From Sphaerodactylus townsendi (lineage: Eukaryota), in NCBI RefSeq assembly GCF_021028975.2, contig NC_059432.1, forward strand, positions 42,656,001-42,720,000: 64,000 nucleotides of DNA. The letters run 5' to 3'. Every line of letters begins with the position of its first letter. Within the stretch, counting starts at the first letter, position 1. Below the pieces are notes generated by a model. It saw only the letters and a program-made list of their open reading frames with translations, did not search any database and was not told where the DNA came from. Position numbers and translations under genes: made by a program. Positions 59,733 through 64,000 of the stretch are shown piece after piece.

Positions 59733-61174
59733 TGTCCCACAATCCAATCAACTGAATCTGCACATATAAAACACACAGAAGAAAAATGAACCTTCCTGCA
59801 ATGGTCGTGAATGTGTTGCTATAGATCTATATGGCAATTATACTTACTTCCATGGGGAGAAAACCTGCTTAGGGGACTTTGTACACTGTTAGGTGCTCAG
59901 AGAATCTGCCCACAATGTGATGGTGGGCAGAGAATGGCAGGCAGATTCTTCCTGACAGTGGACAGTGCAGAACCTAAAGTGAACGTGTGGCAGGGAGGGA
60001 AATAAAGCCTTTCCTGCCTGTTGTGTTCAGGCAGGAGCACTTCTAACATGGAATTCTGCAAAAGGATCACTGATTTAGTGTTTTCCAAGAACCTGGGTTG
60101 AGAGAATAACATGGGCCAAACTTGTTTTGGAACAGGACTTCAGTGAAGTCCCTCCCCCACCAAGCAGTTTATATAGTATCCTATACTTGTTATATTTGGC
60201 CTGTGTAGAAGAGTTCCACAAAGTTTATTTACAAGTTCCCAGTACATTTTTCTCAAGGTGTCCTGTGTGTCTGTCTGTGTGTTTGAGAGAGAGAGAGAGA
60301 GAGAACTTGAACTTTTTCTCTTACATTAGGCAAAACAATTCTACCCAAAATTGGAGACAGGAGGCAAATGCTTTGTAAAGCACATCCAAAAGAATACACA
60401 AAGGTACGCCTTGTGCCATATTTCCATAACAGTTTGCTGGTATTCTTCTGCACTGAATGAAATCTTGTACATATGGATGTGTGGGTGTTTGGTTTTCAGA
60501 CTAATCAACTGTTGTTTATGAAACAGGGAAATTATAGATTTTCTTTCACATACTCCCCTTTTGTTCAGCGTCTCAGTAATATTTCCTTACGTCTTCAAAC
60601 AGTGTTTGGATCCCTTGCACCTGCGAAGCTGTTTACTCAGCTATGAATACAATTATGACATACAATAGCAGTTGCTTTTGAAATAAACATCTGGAAAACC
60701 TTCTGGGTGCTGCATTGATTCAAAGAATGGCAGCCTTGGACTGTTAATGACAAAAAGGCTAATTTCTCTCCCTGTCTGTTGGCCTGTATAATACATAACC
60801 AAATTAAAGAGTGTAATACTAGAAAGTCTTGAGTATGGTTTTATTTATTAGTAACTGAAGTAATGTCCCTAGAAACTCTATGAAAATATTACATGTTGCA
60901 ATCTTCTTGTTTCACTCCAATAAATCAATGCAATGACTAATATTTGTGTGCTGGGTTCATTTATAACAATTATTGTATACATGCCAGAACTCAGTGCTCA
61001 TCCCGTCTGTTACCTCAAAGACAAAAAAAAACAATTTCAGTGAGTCCTGCAGCCTTTGCAAGATCCCACGAATAATCTTTCTATAGCTATGTGCACCAAT
61101 TTACAATTAACTCACAAGCCATAGGTTTGGAATTGTGTACCTGGAAATACCTTCTTGGATTGGAGCCTTCTTCT

Positions 61175-61408
61175 GTCAGTTTGGTGTTGTAGTTAAGGGT
61201 GGTGGACTCTAATCTGGTGAACTGACTTGTTTCCCTGCTCCTACACATGATGAGTGATCATCAGCTAGACACAATTCTCTCAGAACTCTCACAGCTTCAC
61301 CTACCTAACAAGGTATCTGTTGTGGGGAGGGGAAGGGAAGGTGATTGTGAGCCACTTTGAAACTCATTAAAAGTAGAGAAAAGTGAAGTATAAAAAAAAC
61401 TCTTCTTA
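61175..61408 (+). mobile_element. tRNA-derived SINE, Squam3-like
   Basis: TTTGGTGTTGTAGTTAAG...GGACTCTAATCTGGTG head, ending AAAAACTCTTCTT. Confidence 0.82.
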
Positions 61409-62009
61409 TAAACTAGAGATCTTGTTCTGCTAGAGAAAGCCTTCATCAGATAGAATAAGACTTTATCCACCAGAGGAAGGCTTAGTGGAAAGCAGTCTGG
61501 TCTTCTAACCCATTGAAATTATTGATTAAGAAATCAGATGTAAACTTGGACTGCATGCCTAAGAGTGCAATCTTATCAGTTACATCCTCCTAAGCCCATT
61601 GACCTCAGCTGACTTAGATGGGTATACATCTGTTAAAGATTAAATTTGGGGAGACTGATATGTAGTGAATTCTCCATATAATCAATTTAGTGTCATCTTT
61701 TTTATTGCTCTAGTTTGGTTTACTCTCCTTGTCCAAAATACCTTGGCAGCCACCTCTCTCCTTATCCAATTTCCTGTCATTGTTTTATCAGTTTACTACA
61801 GAATGTGTGTTCTTTGGATGGAGAGAAGTGTTTATTTTTACTGCATAGACATTCTCATTGCTCAGTGTTCAGTTATCAATAAGTTAATAAAATACTAACA
61901 ACATATTTACATTTTGCAAATATAATGCAACATAAGTGTCAGCCTGAGTAAAACTCATCTTGACAGAGTGGCTAACATGACTCACAAAAATCCGAAAATA
62001 AATGCTTTT

Positions 62010-62160
62010 ACTTTTGCAAATGTTTAATGAGAATTGAATCTTCTAACCTCTTCTGCAATAAATTACAGAGGGCTGGACCAATTACAAGAAAGACCTTGAC
62101 CTTCTGCATTGTGACCAAATCTGGTGAAAGTAAGAACATAGAAGGGGCTTTATGCCAAGC
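62010..62160 (-). mobile_element. Ancient L2 ORF2 3' end remnant
   Basis: KVFLVIGPALCNLLQKRLEDSILIKHLQK resembles RAFSV.GP.LWN.LP..IR....L..FK. Confidence 0.4.
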
Positions 62161-63111
62161 CACAGACCCAGAACCAAGTAGTTGGCAAGCATCATTCCGG
62201 GAGCAGAGGGGTGCTACAACCCCAGTAAAGCCCACTGCAGGGGGAGATGCTTCCTTTTCTACTCTTTGCTAGGGCCCATTGCATCTCCCCCACAATGGGC
62301 TTTGCTGTTTGTATATACATTAAAAAAAACCCTTTCTGGTTCGATTTTGAGAAAAGTGTGGAGGTGGAAGAAGAAGGACAGCATGGAAAAGGGAACTGGA
62401 ATTCAAAACATTCATTACAAACTAACACTGGGACAATTTAAAGACAATATTTTGTCTGTTCTCCAAACAAAATATCACACTAGCAGCATGGAAAGCCCTT
62501 AGATTTGTTAGTATATTTTTTTCTACATCAGGTGGATTCAGATCACTATTTAAGTGCTTAAAACTCATCACAAATCTATTGGAAACACCCTGAGACTTAA
62601 TACTGTACTGTGAACAGCCAAATTATAGCTCTACAATTACACTTGTCTAATCAGTTACAGACTCCATGTGGTAAAATTTGTGGCTAGATATTATAGACGG
62701 GGTATCCTTATAGAAATATAGTGAATTTATTAGTGGCAATCTGGTGTCTGAATCCACACACTTTCCCAAGAGAAATCTAAATATTTCTGTGCTATAAATA
62801 GAGACATCAGTGTGCCCTAGCCCTTCAGGATTGTGATCTGATTTCAGAAAGATGGTATGTATGGTAAGACCTGTACCTCAAACCCTCTGAAATAAGAAGA
62901 AACTGAAAATTGCTTCACTATAATAGGGAGAAAATATGGGGGGTGGGGGAATAAAAATAAAAGAAGATGAAAGAGATCAGGTCCTTAGAAATACCTCAGT
63001 CACTAGCAACCATGAACTGTCTTCCAAAATATAAGTAGGCATTTTGGACAGCTGTGTAGGTTAAAACTGTAAGCTCAGCAGAATACAGCAAAGCTGATAT
63101 GGAATAGTTTT

Positions 63112-63259
63112 NNNNNNNNNNNNNNNNNNNNNNNNNNNNNNNNNNNNNNNNNNNNNNNNNNNNNNNNNNNNNNNNNNNNNNNNNNNNNNNNNNNNNNNNN
63201 NNNNNNNNNNNNNNNNNNNNNNNNNNNNNNNNNNNNNNNNNNNNNNNNNNNNNNNNNNN
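63112..63259. other. N-run (148 nt)
   Basis: Undetermined bases. Confidence 1.
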
Positions 63260-63589
63260 CTTCATTTGGATGGTGACTTTTTAGACCTGATCAATTTTCA
63301 TGAAACTATCCACATAAAACTGTGAAAAAATGTTTGATCCTTGGCTCTCATAAAGCTAGCTTGATATTGTCTTGATCTTAATGTAGCTGGTGGTGGCAAT
63401 CTCTCTGAACAATTCAACAGGGCAGTGGAAAACTCAGAGGTCTACTAGAATCTTTCAGACTGCTGTTAGGGACCACTGCACACTGACATGCATATTTTAG
63501 ATAAATGTCATACAGAAAAGAATAGTCAACATCCTTTGTCTTGTTTTATGTTGTATATCAAAGCATGTTTTTACCTATGTCTGCACTGT

Positions 63590-63718
63590 CATGGTTAGGA
63601 ATAGTGGACTCTAATCTGGTGAATCAGGTTTGTTTCCCCACTCCTGCCCATGAAACCTGCTGGGTGACCTTGGGCTACTCACAATTCTCTCAGAACTCTC
63701 TCAGCCCCACCTGCTTCT
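63590..63718 (+). mobile_element. 3'-truncated Squam3-like SINE
   Basis: GGACTCTAATCTGGTGAA...GGGTGACCTTGGGCTA.TCACA...CTCTCAGCCCCACCT. Confidence 0.8.
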
Positions 63719-64000
63719 GTGTCCTATAGGACCATGAAACACAGCATCCAGATATGAATCAAATAACATGAAAAACACTGCAGACTAATTCAGCTGGAAA
63801 ATCAGCAATAGCAGAACATGTTATAAACCAAACTGGACACAGAATGTTATTTGAAAACACAGAAATTCTGGACCACTTTGACAGCCACTATGTCAGACTA
63901 CACAGAGAAGCGACTGAAATCCACAAGCACATGGACAATTTTAACAGGAAGGAAGAATCTATGAAAATGAGCAAAATTGGGCTACCAGTACTTAAAAACA
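63719..64000 (+). mobile_element. Penelope-like element GIY-YIG endonuclease fragment (degenerate, runs off the window)
   Basis: GTMKHSIQI*IK*HEKHCRLIQLE/SAIAEHVINQTGHRMLFENTEILDH....VRLHREATEIHKHMDNFNRKEE matches YIG.T.R....RIKEH...SAIAEH...R..RE..EI....NFNR. Confidence 0.88.

Noticed and set aside
60320-60455. Possible minus-strand exon (AG ... GTAAGA, open in two frames)
   Set aside because: Weak polypyrimidine tract and no recognisable peptide, so it cannot be supported without transcript data.

Overview
Eukaryotic, AT-rich, repeat-rich vertebrate genomic DNA, probably from a squamate and possibly a gecko. That assignment is inferred from the repeat families: Squam3-like and Sauria-type SINEs, CR1 with a (TTCTTATG)n tail, L2, Penelope and DIRS. 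No intact host protein-coding gene can be recognised, so the window reads as a large intron or gene desert. The main structures are: (1) a nested transposon cluster at about 17.9-25.3 kb, where an old Gypsy element is split by a degenerate DIRS1-type tyrosine-recombinase retrotransposon (gag, RT, RNase H, methyltransferase-like domain, truncated recombinase), a Penelope terminal fragment with a decayed hammerhead ribozyme, and a MITE; (2) a young 5'-truncated CR1 inserted in an older CR1 at 30-32.8 kb; (3) many non-autonomous hAT elements (8-bp target-site duplications, TSDs) and PIF/Harbinger-like elements (3-bp TSDs); (4) a solo LTR with a 5-bp TSD; (5) 5S-rRNA-derived and tRNA-derived SINEs; (6) a Penelope GIY-YIG fragment at the right edge. 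Six N-runs lie in unique, non-repetitive sequence, and several repeat-free blocks look like conserved non-coding DNA. I found no convincing novel system; most of the ORF track is spurious or transposon-derived.
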